This document shows positions 14,701 through 28,988 of a stretch of 64,000 bases of DNA, in pieces (position 1 is the first letter of the stretch; each line of letters opens with the position of its first letter). The DNA lies in the NCBI GenBank assembly GCA_028534125.1, contig CM052816.1, positions 21,330,001-21,394,000 on the forward strand. Direction: 5' to 3'. A program made the position numbers and the translations under genes. The stretch is from Lama glama (Eukaryota). Below the pieces are notes generated by a model, which saw only the letters and a program-made list of their open reading frames with translations, was not told the origin of the DNA and did no database searches.

Positions 14701-14739
14701 CTTCTCTCAGATTTTGAATGACTCACTCCCTCTTGAATG

Positions 14740-16050
14740 AATGAATAAATATTTAGAGATAACTCTGGTTGCTGTGTAAAAAAGAGAGAACTTCAAGAAT
14801 GAGGCAGGAAAAGAAGTTTGGAGACTACAAGAATAGTTCAAAGGGAAAAAGGTGGTGGTTTGGACCAGGAAAGGAGCAGAGATGGCATGAAGGGACATAT
14901 TCTGGACATATTTTAGAAAAGCAGGTAAGAAATGCTCATGAATGAGAAACAGGGTGCGATAAAGGAATTACTCAAGGGATGGCACACAGGTTTTGGCATG
15001 AGCAAATTTGTAGATGATGATATAATTTATCAAATTGGACAGTACTGAGGTAGTAACAGTCTTGAGAAGGTGAGGGGGTGGGGAAACAGGGAACCAAGAG
15101 TTCTGTTTTGAATGTTAAATTTGAGATGCCCATTCAATAGCCAAACAAGCAGCTGGACATATATGTCTAGTAGAGTTTAGGAAAGAAGTTGGGGCTAGAT
15201 ATTTAAATTTGGGAGTCACCAGCATATAACCAATGCCTAAAGCTGTGAGAGTGAATCAGATCACCCAAGAAGAGTCAGGCAAAAGCAGACCCACCAAAGG
15301 AGACTAAGGTATGGCCAAAAGGAAGTATGAGATTATGATGTCATGGAAGCCAAGAGAGCAATTTTTTTTTTCGAAAAGAGAAAAAAACCAACTCTTTTAA
15401 ACCTGTGGAAAAGTTACTGAGAATTAGAAAATAACTGCTTTATCTGACAATGTGGAGATTATTGGTGACCTCACAAGAGCAGTTTTAGTGAGAAAAAAAA
15501 AAAGAAGAAAATATGAACAGAGTAGGCTGCAGAGAAAATGGGAAACAATGAAGTGAAGACAATGAGTGCACACAACTCTTGTGAATTCTGCTATAAAATA
15601 CACTAAAGAGTAGTTGCCAGAGGGTGATTTGGAATAAAGGGAGAGTTTGTCTGTCTGTAGACTAGAGCTATCAGAGGATGTTTATACACCGATGTACATG
15701 AGCCTATAAAGAGGGAGAAACTGCTGATGCTAATGCAAGAGGAAGGACAAACTGAAAAACAAAATGCTTGACTTGACAGAAGGGATTCATTGGACCCAAT
15801 CTCCAAGAATACTTGGTTGACCTTTCGATAAAACAATAAAAAATTTACCCTTAATACAGGGAAGAAAACAGTATGGGTACATATGCAGGGTAGTTTGGTA
15901 GATTTTATGTTTGGAAAATGAGGACTTTTCACCTGATTCCTCCTATTTTCTCAATAAAGTAAAAAGCAAGACCATCAAGGAGAGTAGATTGTAGGTTTAA
16001 AGAAAGAAAACAGTGAAACAGTCACTGTAGAGAGGGCTCAGTAAATACAC
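14740..16050 (-). mobile_element. Degraded L2 in the opposite orientation
   Basis: Typical L2 reverse-complement motifs, e.g. gagttctgttttgaatgttaaatttgagatgcc and tttgggagtcaccagcata. Confidence 0.6.
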
Positions 16051-16214
16051 TAAATGATTCACTATACTAAGAGGAAAATTAATACTTTCATAATTACAGT
16101 CATCTTAAGTTATATAAAAGTGGAAATAAAAGACCATCAATAGGGGGTCAATTAAATTAACTATAGAATACAAACTCAATGGAATTACTATTTAGCAATT
16201 AAAAATAATGAAAT

Positions 16215-16345
16215 GGAGGAGGATACAGCTCAAGTGCTAAAGCATGTGCTTAGCATATACAAGGTCCTGGGTTCAATCCCCAGTACCTCCTCTAAAAACA
16301 AACCAACCTAATTAGCTCCCCACCCCATCAAAAAAAAAAAAAGAT
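16215..16345 (+). mobile_element. tRNA-derived SINE (camelid Vic-1-like)
   Basis: A-box-like cagctcaagtg and B-box ggttcaatccc, followed by the same non-tRNA tail as the other two copies and a poly(A). Confidence 0.8.
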
Positions 16346-17314
16346 AAATAAAATTAAAAATGAAACAAAGGTATATACATTTTAACATATCTGCAATATG
16401 TCACTAAATACTTAATTTATACAATGGTATAATAAAATTCTATTGATATATATTAAAATATTTACATGAGTGTATTTATATGCACACACAGATACATTTT
16501 TATAAACACAGAAAAAAGCCTGGAAGAAATATACAACAAACTCTTGGAGGGTGAGAGTATTGAGACAGGCACATTTCCCCACTATACATATGAACGAGAA
16601 AAACCTATAGGCCAAAATATGTAGAGAAAATTCTATGTCTTACATACAGATTAATAGTTTAAATACCATAATTCAAACAAAGATTCACACACAAAGGCTT
16701 TCATCACAGTACATTTTAAAGAAAAACTGAAAGCAATCTAAATGTAAGAAAATTATGCAATTATTAAAAATGTTCATAAAAGTTTACACATTTTAAGTAG
16801 GAAATATTTCAGACATATGAAAAAGTATAAAGATTAAGATTAAAAGAAGTACCCATGTGCCAAACACCCGGATTAAGAATTTAATATAACTTTTTTTCAA
16901 TTTTTTTAAATTGAAGTTTAGTCAGTTTATAATGTGTCAATTTCTGGTGTACAGCATAATAGTTCAGTCATATATATACATATGTATGTTCATTTCCATA
17001 TTCTTTTTCATTACAGGTTACTACAAGTTATTGAATACAGTTCCTTGTGCTATACAGTACAAATCTGTTGTTTATCTGTTTGATACAGTTTTTCACTGAC
17101 ATGGGACTCTATGATAATATTAAATGGGAAAAAAACTTCAGAATACATAATTAGACTATGACTTCAGCTATGTAAGACAGTATATGAAGAAGAAAATACA
17201 TGAAAATATCAACAATGACTGTCAATGGGTGCTATGACTGTGTGTGGGTGACTTTCATATCTCTTTGTATTTTTCCGTTAGCAGGTTTTCTACAATAAAC
17301 CATCATCACTTTTA

Positions 17315-17449
<135 letters not shown>

Positions 17450-18024
17450 CTAAAGAAATATAAAATTATATTATTTAGTTACCAGAGAACCACAGTTTAT
17501 CATAAAATGTTAATTCATTGTAAAAATATTATTTACCATACAGACTATAAAGGATATGATCTGATAAAATTCAACATTATAAAACCTGTAATATAAATAT
17601 GATTAAGGGTTAAAGAATAATTTCTGTAAGTTCACAGAAAACCTACATAATTAAGAAAGAATACTGAAATAAAATAAAAAATTATTACTTGGGAAAAAAT
17701 TCTCTATTTCCAATTAAAACCCTTTGAATTAATTCAAGTTAATAATAACAGCTAAAGTAAAACATGGTCACCACAGCTGAGAACACTGTATTGTGTAACT
17801 GAAATTTACTGAGAGTAGAAACAAAATGTTCTCACCAAAAAAAAAAAAAAAAAAAGATAAACATATCAAGTAAAGGATTTGTTAATTAACTAGATAGGGG
17901 AATCCTTTCCCAATGTATATGTGTATCAAACACCATGATGTATACTTTAAATAGCTTACAATTTATATGTCATTATACTTTAATAAAGTTGGAATTTTTA
18001 AAAAATTAAAAACAAAACAAAAAA

Positions 18025-18270
18025 ATAGCTATTATCTACGAAGACCTTACTACGTGCCAGGTATTGTACCAACTACTATTACATACACTAAGCATTTAAT
18101 TCCCGCATGAATCCTAGGCTGTAGAAAATATTTTTATCTCTGTTTTAAAAATGAGAACACAAAGGCCCAGGGCATTTAGGTCGCTTTTGCCCAGTCTCAC
18201 AGCTAATAAATGGTGAAGCAAAAAATTTGTATTCAAGCAGCTAGGGCTCAAAAACACTAAACATATTAGT
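18025..18270 (-). mobile_element. MIR SINE in RAD50 intron 1
   Basis: MIR core-like ttttaaaaatgagaacacaaaggcccag...cccagtctcacagctaataaatgg. Similar MIRs lie near 33220-33430 and 50380-50490. Confidence 0.65.
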
Positions 18271-18899
18271 CTCTCCTCCAGTAGAACACTTATTATAAAG
18301 CTATGTACATAATAAGCATTCAGTAAACAATATTTTTACATAAGCATATAAAAGAAGACAAGATATATGCTTATGTAAAAATAAGACAAGAGTCTGCCAT
18401 TCAACTCTCAACATTAAACCTTATCTTTCACTTTTCACTTCATTTACTCTTCTCCCTGTTAAAATGATAACGCCTTGCCTTTTCTCAAGCCAACCTTTCA
18501 GACGAGATAGCCTCTTGGCTATACTTTCCCTGTAACTGCATGCCATTCTAGGTCCCAACTCAAATTTCTAAGCATTTCCAGGGCTTTAAAAAGTCACAGT
18601 ACATACGCTGTGCTCCAATTTTTAATTTTGACTAGGAAAGAGCATTCCAACAAGAAAATAGTTTTCCAGTTTTACCAAGCCCCACTGCAATTTCGTTTTA
18701 AATTAAGTCATCTATTTCACATTTATTATGCTTAGTTGGGATAAGCAGTCTTAAAGTCATATATTTATATTTTTAACTTTTAAAGAAATCCTGTATTGTA
18801 ACAACTACCTGGAAGTGAGTACTGATTTGGAAGCAAGGAGTGTTAAAACAAAACAAAACCAAATCCCCACTGTAGCCAAAAGGCTTCTTGTGGGACTGA

Positions 18900-19900
<1,001 letters not shown>

Positions 19901-20469
19901 TGATCTTGTGACTCCTGGAGGGGAGAGGGATGCGGTGTCTGCTCACGACAAAACTACTTTTCTGACAATGCTAAGACGTTATTTGCCTTTGCGCTCACTG
20001 TCGCTCCCTAATGTACATTGTTTTCTAATAATCACTTAACGTGTGGAGACACCACCGCGAAGATGGATAATGGGATATGTGCTTGTATATTCTGCTTAAA
20101 AAAAACCCCTCAATTTTAGTTTTTAATTGAGTGAATATTGGTAGTTACAACTCACATAAAAGCTCTTAGGGATCCTCATTAATTTTTAAGAGTGTAGAGA
20201 GGCGTTTAATACCAAAGTTTGGAAACTGCCGTTGTACACCAAAAGCTGTTAGATGTCTATAAAATGTTATGCAAATATGTGAAGGAAATCTACTTCTCGA
20301 AGTACTACCACAAGATAGGAATAGACACTTTTAAAATAAGAAATTCAGTTACACAAGATGAATTAATAGGAGATTTACTATACACAATGGTGCCTATACA
20401 TAACAATATTATATTATGTACTTAAAAATTTGCCAAGATGGCAGATTTTATGTTTACTGTTCATATCAC

Positions 20470-20565
20470 AAAAAAAAAAAGAAAGGAAAGGAAGGAAGGA
20501 AGGAAGGAAGAAAGAGAAAAAGAAAGAAAGAAAGAAAAAGAAGGAAAGAAAAGAAAAGAAAAATA
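20470..20565 (+). repeat. Purine-rich (GGAA/GAAA)n simple repeat derived from an L1 A-tail
   Basis: Directly visible; follows an L1 3'-end fragment at ~20345-20470. Confidence 0.85.
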
Positions 20566-23429
20566 AGGGGGGTGGGGTGTGGAGGAAACTTTTGGAGGTG
20601 ATTGATTAACCAGTGACACTGATTAGACAACCAGATGTTATATGTCTCCTGCTGTGGTCTTAACATGAAGTACCCAGCATTGCCTCATATACAGTTTGAT
20701 TTTTTTAAATTTAAGTTTAACCTAATCACACCTTTAGGTTTAGCTTCCAATTCACAGGAATTAACTATTAGCTAATAATATCACAAGAATGGAAAAGTCA
20801 AATCTGGAAGGTAGCTTGTATTACAAGACACTGGACCAGGCTCTCAGATCAGTGTCATTAATCAAGAATTATTGTAGATTCTAAAATATATTTTTCCTCG
20901 GAAAAAGGATGGTTGCAAATTGAGAGAGATTTGAATTTCATGTTACCCAGGTGCAACACATGGTCGTAGATTGGATCCTGATTTGGTCATAGAGATGTGA
21001 AGGGAATTTGGGGGGTACAAGGGGAAATTTAAATGTAGGCTGGAGATTAAATGCTAAAAATTTTTATTGTTATTTTCATTATATTCGATGTGATACTATT
21101 TTGCTGTGTAAAAAATGATCCTTTTTTTGAGGTGCATATAGAAATGCTAATGATAGAGTGTCATGCTTTCTATAATTTACTTTAAAATACTTAAGAAAAT
21201 AATGAATCAAAGAGAAAAAAAATGGACATGACAAGATACTAGATTCCATTACAAAATTTTTCAAGTTTGTAACAATAGGAAACTATAACTGAGATAAGAA
21301 CTCTAGGAGGGGGGGTGGAAAGATTTGCATTAAAAATGATTAATCCTTAAAATAAAAAGAACTAAGAAGGAATATCAGTCAAGTTCTCAGTTCTTGGTAA
21401 ACTACTGCTGAAAAATGTTTAGTTTCACTTATAGCATAATTAATGAAATGGAAAATAAACTATCATGCGATACTATCTTATACCTATTAGTGATTCTCTA
21501 TCCTTATAACACTTTCTAAAGTAAATTCTATCGGCTTTCTTTTGATTAGTATTTATCTAGTGTATCTTTCTATCCCTTGGTTTTCAACCTTTTAATGTCA
21601 TTTTGCATGAAGTGTACTTTTATTCCTGATAAATTTGAATATATTTCTCATATCTATTTTGTGCTTTTTCTTTATTTCTTCTTCTCCTTTCTTAGATTCT
21701 GGATTGACTGAGTTTTCTCTATTCCCTTGTTTTATTCTACTGGTTTTGAAGTTATACATTCTATTTCAGTTCTTTTATAGTTAGTCTTAGATTTTTCACA
21801 GGTGTGTCGAAGTCTAAAGTAAGTATCTTTAGCAACACTCCAAACAGTACAAGAACCATAAAATGCACTGACTCTGATCACTCCTTCCATCTCCCACATT
21901 ATCATTGTTTAGTATTTTTGTTCCTCCTTGTAATCCCCTAAGTAAGTTATTTTTTCTTAACCAGCATTATTTATTTAGGTTTACCAACATATTTTTTGGC
22001 CTCTTTGATTACTACCGCTTCTTGCATGACACCTTCCTTTGTCGTTTGTTTCACTCATTACATTAGCAAAACTATTAAACCCTAGTGCTAAAGAATCTTG
22101 AGGGAAAGAAATCTATCCCACAGTGCTGATATCAGTATTAAACAAAGTTATTTTTGTGGAAGTGCTTTATAAATTGTAAAACACTGTAAAAATATAAGAG
22201 ATTTATTTTTTATGCATTGAATATTTTTAGAGGGTTAATCTAGTAATAATGTAACAAAGCTATAAAAATGATCACACAAATTCCTTAGCATAAGGAAATA
22301 TTTTTTTAAAGTATACAGAGAGCTGTTAGTAGCATTTTTTGTAATTATGGGATACTAGCAACAACCCAAATGGTGAAATAAACTGTGGTACATCAATTTC
22401 ATCCAATAGCAGGTAACCTTTAAAATCATAAGTAGCTACAAGAAAGAGAAATGTTAATAAGCAAAAAAGAGAAACAAAAGTGCACATATTCTTTGATTAC
22501 AACTCTGTGAAGCTGTCTTAGTAAAGACTGGAAGAGGTCAACAAAAACCTGTTAGTTGCTAAGCTAAGGGGAAGAAATTCTGTGTTTATTTTCCTATAAT
22601 GTTATTTATTCAATTAAAATTTATTCAGAAGATATACTTGGAGATTGAAAGGATGAAGGTTAGAATAAGATAAAGAAAAAGAAAGAGATGCTATCATTTT
22701 ACATTTAGTCACTGCAAAAAATTTGTGGCATCATGCTCAATTGATTGATTAGAATCAGTTCATGGAAAAGTCTTTTGACCTTAATGACTATACAGTTAGT
22801 AAAAAAACACACTTATCAGTTTTTAAGAACATGTTGCCAATTTGGAAGCCACAAATAGAGGCAAAGGTTTTGGGGCGAAAGGATGGATGTTACCCAGTAG
22901 TATGACTTTTCAACACTATTCAAAGTCTTTTTTCTAAACTATATAGTTACTAATGTAATTCTTTAAAATTCTGAATACTGATTGCTAATTTCTTTCTATT
23001 CTCCTAAAATAATGTGGGTTTTTTAAAATGCCATGGTAGTTCACTTTGGCTTGGTCTCTCTAGATGACCTTTTAGCCTTACTCTAACTTTTTTGCAGGAG
23101 TCCTGCCAAAGTTGTTTCTATTATTCAGCTCCTGGTCCCAGGGAGTAGACTCTCAGTTTCCACAGTATTCACATTAATGTGTTCAGTCAATACAACCAAC
23201 TGCCTGCTCATTCAATCAGTTATTTTTCAAGAAACATTAACTGAGTGAGTACAATAGGCTGGTCATTGAGGACAAAGAGATCATTTAAATAAAAGCCTTC
23301 TCAAGGAGTTCACAGTCTAGTGGTGAAGTAAAAAAGTCCCAAGTGCATGACACATATGGGATACAAAGTCTTTTTTACTAATAATAGTATAAACAATCAT
23401 TAACCTTTTTCTTACTTGCAAGGTTATTT

Positions 23430-24750
23430 TTAATAAACTATTTTATATAACTTTAATTTGCAGAAAAGCTGCAAGAATATTATAGAGAGTTTCTGAGTAC
23501 TCTGTACCCAGTTTCCTCTGTTGTTCACATTAATATGGTACACTTGTCACAACTGGGTAATCAACACTGGCACGTTACCAGACTCCACAGTTTTGGGGGG
23601 TTTTCTTAGTTTTTACTTCCTGTCCTTTTTCTGCCTGGATCTCATCCTGCACACCACATTACGTCTAGTCAGCATGTCTCCTTAGATTCCTCTGGGTTGT
23701 GAGTTTCTCATACTTAGCTTGTTTTTGATGACCTTGACTGTTTTCAAGAGTACTGGTCAGGTATTTTGTCCTTTATTTTGGGTATGTGTGATGTTTTCCT
23801 CATGGTTAGTCAGAGGTTATGAGTTTTGGGGAGGAAGACCACAGAGATAAAACGCCATTCTCATTACATCATATTAAGGGTACATGTTAGTAACATGAAT
23901 TATCACTGTTGATGTTGATCTTGACCACCTGGCTGAGGTTTGCCAGGTTTCTCCACTGCAAAGCTATTCCTCTCAAATCCCCCTCCCAGACTGCACTTTT
24001 TAAAATGAGGTCTATCCCACACTTACCTTAAGTGTATTCCACAGTTAAGGGGGAATTATGCTCCATTTCCTTGAGGCTAGAATATCTACATAAATTACTT
24101 GAAATTCTGCACAGGATATTTAAATTATTAACTTTTGTTTGCAGTTTTAATAAATCTCAAGTGCATCATTTTATGGTCCTTGCTCAGAGTTTTCAATCAT
24201 GTTGTGGAGATGAGACTAACAGAGGAATAGTTAATGACTTCTGACAACATTATAAAAAATATAATTTTGTACACTCATATTCATAGTGACATTATTCACA
24301 GTAGCCAAAAGATGGAGGCAACTCAGATGGTAAATAAATGGATAAACAAAATGTGGTGTATACATGCAACGGAATATTTCTCCATCTAAAAAAGGAAGGA
24401 AATTCTGTCACATGCTACGTGATGGATGAACTTTGAAGACACTATCCTAGGTGAAATACACCAGTCACAAAATGACAAATGCTATACAATTCCACTTATG
24501 TGAGTTACCTAGAATAGTCAAATTCATAGAGACAGAAAGTAGAAGTGTGATTGCCAGGGGCTGGGGGAGAGAGCAATGGGGAGCTGTTGCTTAAATGGGT
24601 ATAGAATTTCAGTTTTGCCAAGATGAAAATAGTTCTGGAGATGGATTGCACATTATGAATGTACATAACACTACTGAACTGTATACCTAAAAATGGTTAT
24701 GGTGTTACTTTTTATATTACATGTACTTCACCACAATTTAAAAAAAATTT
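23430..24750. mobile_element. Old L1M 3'-end fragments (minus ~23430-24120, plus ~24270-24750)
   Basis: Typical ancient L1 3'UTR motifs, e.g. tggataaacaaaatgtggt and ttctggagatggatt. Confidence 0.7.
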
Positions 24751-26060
24751 AAAGATACAAAGTTTTGAAAGGAGGTTTTAAAAATTACCTGCCCTCCAAT
24801 AGGATCCCACAGTTATAATATAAATCAGAGGCTGCAAAAACCCTGTATGTTTTTTAAAACTATGAATTGCCAACATTTGAAAATCAGTACCTCATATATA
24901 ATAATCAGGTTTTCTGGCTTTGAAAAATTGGTTGATCTGGCAACGTAAGCCCAAGTATGTCACATGGCAACAGTCAGCTGGAGCAGAGCAGACCCTGCCA
25001 CCTGTGGACAGGTCAGGTGCTGCCGTCTACTGCCGTCCCACCACCTGTGTTGTGTCACACCTTGCCCATTTCACTCACTTTCCTAGCTAGCCATTATGAC
25101 TCCCTAAAAACAGTGAGTGGTTGGTGAGTTTTCTCCTGCTTAGCGAAGGCAAGTACAGTGGTATCTCAACCCTTCATCACCTCAATTCCCTGTGCAGCGC
25201 TGTAACAGACAGAAGTTTAAAACTCACAACTTTGTGTGATTAAGGTACTAAAGTAACAAGTCACTTGGAAATTCCTCTGAAACCTTCATCTAAACCCACA
25301 ATGACTCAGTGTAGCCCAAAAGAGACTGAAGAGAACCAGGGCAATGTCTCTTTCTCAAGAAATCTGGGAAGAGAAGGCTCCTGCCAGAACCTGGCTTTGG
25401 TTTTGAGAGCATCATTTCAAGAGCACCTTTGCCCAGATCTCTTGTGATTTCTACCCACTCCTGCAGTGAGACACAGTCACTTCTGTATTCTCACAGAAAA
25501 GGTCTCTCAAGTGTTCAAGCCAGGCATGCCTAACCCAGAACCCAATACTTCAGCACAAACCAACCCAGACATGGTACAGGAAGGGGGCCACTGAAGCCCC
25601 ACACTATTGTATCCTGCCTGTGCAGAGCCGTGATTACATCCATGTAAAAGCCTTGTCTACCTCCCAGATGCCTCTGCTTATACAGAACTCAATCCAGAAA
25701 AAGGTTCTAGGTGGCAATTTGTGCTTGGGACCATCCGTCCTAGATACTTACAATAGTCCTAAAGTCAGGCTTCCAGGCCACCAACACAGAGCCAGAGCCA
25801 CACTGGGATGCTCACTGAAACCCTCCATTACAAGCAATGGCTTACACCTCCAATGTGTGTGTTCAGGTCAGAGAAGAAGGATGTATGTGATCTAAAAGAG
25901 GCCTCATTTGCTCCCTTCTGGGGTTACAGACCTGAGCCTAAGGAACACAAAGGCTGATTCCTCTGATCACATATATTCATATGTGTCCCACCCAGGGTGC
26001 AAAAGGACACCCCACCCTTTCAGGACACGAAGGAAAGGTCATGCCCATATGTTATGTGGC

Positions 26061-26527
26061 TGTGGTGGCTATTTATTGGTTGCCTTCCTAGCGTCTGAGT
26101 CCCTCTTACTACTACCTAGGACCCCAAATTTCTCAAGTATGCAGTTTGGCGGGGGAAGAAGCCCACCTCCAGCTCCAGGGAGAGCCAGTCAGTATATCCC
26201 ATACCTCTGGCCACAGTTCAAGGGTGAACATGGGATCAAGGGTGAACAAAGCTGCATTCTAGGACGTGAGCAATCAGAAATGCACAATTTGCTTTCTTCT
26301 GCAGCTCATGAACAGGATACATATAGATTCAGGAGTTTGGACATCATCATGGGTCCACAGTGGGAGAGCTGCCTGAGAATGGCGACAGAGGTCACTGAGA
26401 CAAGTAAGATGAAGAAGCTTCTACCCTAAATCATTTGGTATTTGGGCTAATAAATCCCCTGTTTGGTTTCAACCAGTTTGGGTTAGATTTTTGGTCACTG
26501 GTAACAGAAAGGATCCTAACTGAGACT
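26061..26527 (+). mobile_element. MaLR (MLT1-type) solo LTR about 0.5 kb upstream of the IL5 start
   Basis: TGTGGTGG start and an MLT1-type 3' end (aataaatcccct...ccagtttgggttagattt...aacagaaaggatcctaactga). Confidence 0.6.
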
Positions 26528-26769
26528 CAGTGAACACAACTTGACCCTGCTACGTTTTGACAGTCTCTGCTCTAATCACCATCTTCCCACCAGTATTTTT
26601 AATTCCTGTTAAGATGAATCAGCCTAGCTACAACTGTAATAGAATTTAGCTGACCTGAAAAAACTTCCCAATATTTATGTATTTTAGTCTAAAATTTTTT
26701 TGTAGTTTACATCATACTTCTTTTTACATACATCTTTTAAGAGGAAATTCAATCATCTGATTTTAAGAA

Positions 26770-26992
26770 ATGCAAATGTGGGACAATGATGTATCAACCC
26801 AAAGATTTTCTCTTGTAATAAAAAATGTTTTTAAAGGGGGAAAATAGGGATTTTTATTATTAAAAGATAAAAGTAAAATTTATTTTTTAAGATACAAGAC
26901 ATTGGAAACATTTAGTTTCACGATTTGCCATTATTAGGCATTCTCTATCTGATTGCTAGAAATTATTCATTTCCTCAAAGAGAGAGAATAAA
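26770..26992 (+). promoter_or_regulatory. IL5: IL5 proximal promoter (Oct, GATA, NFAT, double GATA, CLE0, TATA-like)
   Basis: ATGCAAAT 26770-26777; AGATAA 26865-26870; TGGAAAC ~26903-26909; TCTATCTGATTG ~26944-26955; CLE0 ATTATTCATTTCCTC 26962-26976; AATAAA TATA-like box 26987-26992. The order matches the known IL5 promoter architecture. Confidence 0.9.
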
Positions 26993-27060
26993 TTGGTTGG
27001 GGATGCAATCTTGTACTATGCATATTCTTTGCCAAGGCAAACGCTGAACATTTCAGAGCC

Positions 27061-27204
27061 ATGAGATTGCTTCTGTATTTGAGTTTGCTAGGTCTTGGAG
27101 CTGCCTACGTTTGTGTCATTGCTGTAGAAAGTCCCATGAATAGACTGGTGGCAGAGACCTTGACACTGCTCTCCACTCATCGAACTCTGCTGATAGGCGA
27201 TGGG
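27061..27204 (+). CDS. IL5: Interleukin-5 exon 1 coding part (signal peptide and helix A)
   Basis: gccATG context. Translates [50 protein letters not shown] donor at 27205. Confidence 0.98.
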
Positions 27205-27407
27205 GTAATTTTCTTTTTGATTCCTACAGTCTTTGAAACATAAAGATAATCATTTGTGGTGGTTAACTTTTAAATATCTGTTATTAATCATAAAATTAGG
27301 AGTGCGTTAGTAATATATAATTGTAACTGTATTACTAGCAAGCATTTTATTAAAAGTTATGAGTGCTAGAGTGCTTTAAAAATGAATGTATTTCCTTTCC
27401 TTTTCAG

Positions 27408-27440
27408 AACTTGATGATTCCTACTCCTGAACATACAAAT
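27408..27440 (+). CDS. IL5: Interleukin-5 exon 2 (33 bp)
   Basis: ttttcAG acceptor, NLMIPTPEHTN, GTAAGT donor. Confidence 0.97.
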
Positions 27441-28279
27441 GTAAGTTAAATCATGATTTGATAAAATCATTGAATGAATAAGTAAGTTTCATATTTTAAG
27501 CTATAAAGTATTCGGTATCACTTGAGCTATTTAATTTTCTCCATTTTGCTTTTTTATGCGTGGGTGTATATGTATGTACTTATAAATATTAAGAATGACT
27601 TTATACAAGTAAAATCCATTAAACAAGTGGATCAGGCCCTTTGGTGCTATTGTCAGTTTTCCACCTCAGTTAGCCTCACGTCAGGCAGTCTTTCCAGAAT
27701 AATTCCACATTGGGTGAGAGGGGCCTTTTAGTCTCCATTTAACTCTGACTATCTATGGCTTTCCTCACTTTGATGTCTTTCCTAAAGTGTTAGGAAGTTA
27801 GGGTTATATTTTTAGAATCATGCTCAGTAGATTTTAAAATAGACAATGAATGGCCTATATTAATGTCATTTCCATATACTTAAATTATTCTGACTATATG
27901 ATGTAATTGTATACATTTGGAGTATGTCATAGTTGTATTAAAATGAAACTATATGATTCATTAGTCTGAATAGAATAAAATTATCAGCTAGAACTATAAA
28001 AGGCAACTGATGTGCAGTTGCATTTCACTTTCTAACATTTTATTTTTCGTGAGGCACTTAATTTATATCATTTGTAAAACACCTCAGTAATTATATAAAC
28101 TTTATCTACTTTTGGAAATTGTATCTGAGTATGAAGTGGTTTGCTACCTAGAAAAAGAACAAGTGAAAAATTCTTTGGAGAAGGCAACTCAAGCAGACAA
28201 CACAAAACACTAAACTTTTGGTACCAAATTTTTATCCCTTGTTTTGAATATTTATAGTTTTTAAATCTTCCTCATTTAG

Positions 28280-28408
28280 CACCAACTATGTATTGAAGAA
28301 GTCTTTCAGGGAATAGACACATTGAAGAATCAAACTGAACAAGGGGATGCCGTGGAAAAGCTATTCCAAAACTTGTTTTTAATTAAAGAATATATAGACC
28401 TCCAAAAA
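28280..28408 (+). CDS. IL5: Interleukin-5 exon 3 (129 bp)
   Basis: catttAG acceptor, [49 protein letters not shown] donor. Contains the first dimer Cys. Confidence 0.97.
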
Positions 28409-28515
28409 GTAAGTTAAAAACACTTAGTGGAAACTTAAGCATTTTTGTCTGGCTGTGCCTCTGTTTATAGGAATTGACCGTTTCCTACAATGCTTGTCAT
28501 CTGTTCTTTTCACAG

Positions 28516-28614
28516 AAAAAGTGTGGAGGAGAAAGATGGCAAGTAAAACAGTTCCTAGACTACCTGCAAGTTTTCCTTGGTGTAATAAACACTGAGTGGA
28601 CAACAGAAAGCTGA
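28516..28614 (+). CDS. IL5: Interleukin-5 exon 4 coding part (with TGA stop)
   Basis: tttcacAG acceptor, [32 protein letters not shown]. The spliced ORF is 134 aa and intact. Confidence 0.97.
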   Translation, partial: KKCGGERWQVKQFLDYLQVFLGVINTEWTTES

Positions 28615-28988
28615 GACTAAACTGTCTTATTGTAGCTTAAGATTTGGGAGGAAGAGAAGGATGTTTTACTGCAAGGAGAATGAGGGCTAACCAACGGTTG
28701 GGCCATAATGTTCAGTGTCATTAAACTTCAGAGGCAAAGCAAATATTTCAGGCATACTGCTACTTCACCACCTCACACAGGCAGAAAGCATACAAATAAA
28801 ATATTTGAGATGTACTTAAGGTATCAGAATCATTGAAGTATTTTCTACCAGTTTGCTCCAGGCAAAATAGGTATATACTTTTATCTATCTTATTTAATGT
28901 AATATTCTGTAAAATGTCTGTTAACTTAACATTATTTATGAAATGATTGAGAATTTGGAAAATTAATATTTATTTCCAATAAAATAAA
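28615..28988 (+). terminator. IL5: IL5 3'UTR with AU-rich elements and distal polyadenylation signal
   Basis: ATTTA at 28892, 28934 and 28968. Overlapping AATAAA hexamers at 28978-28983 and 28983-28988, followed by a GT/T-rich downstream tract. Confidence 0.85.

Noticed and set aside
25908..26429. 173-aa ORF upstream of IL5
   Set aside because: Non-ATG start, overlaps a MaLR LTR, and shows no protein similarity I recognise.
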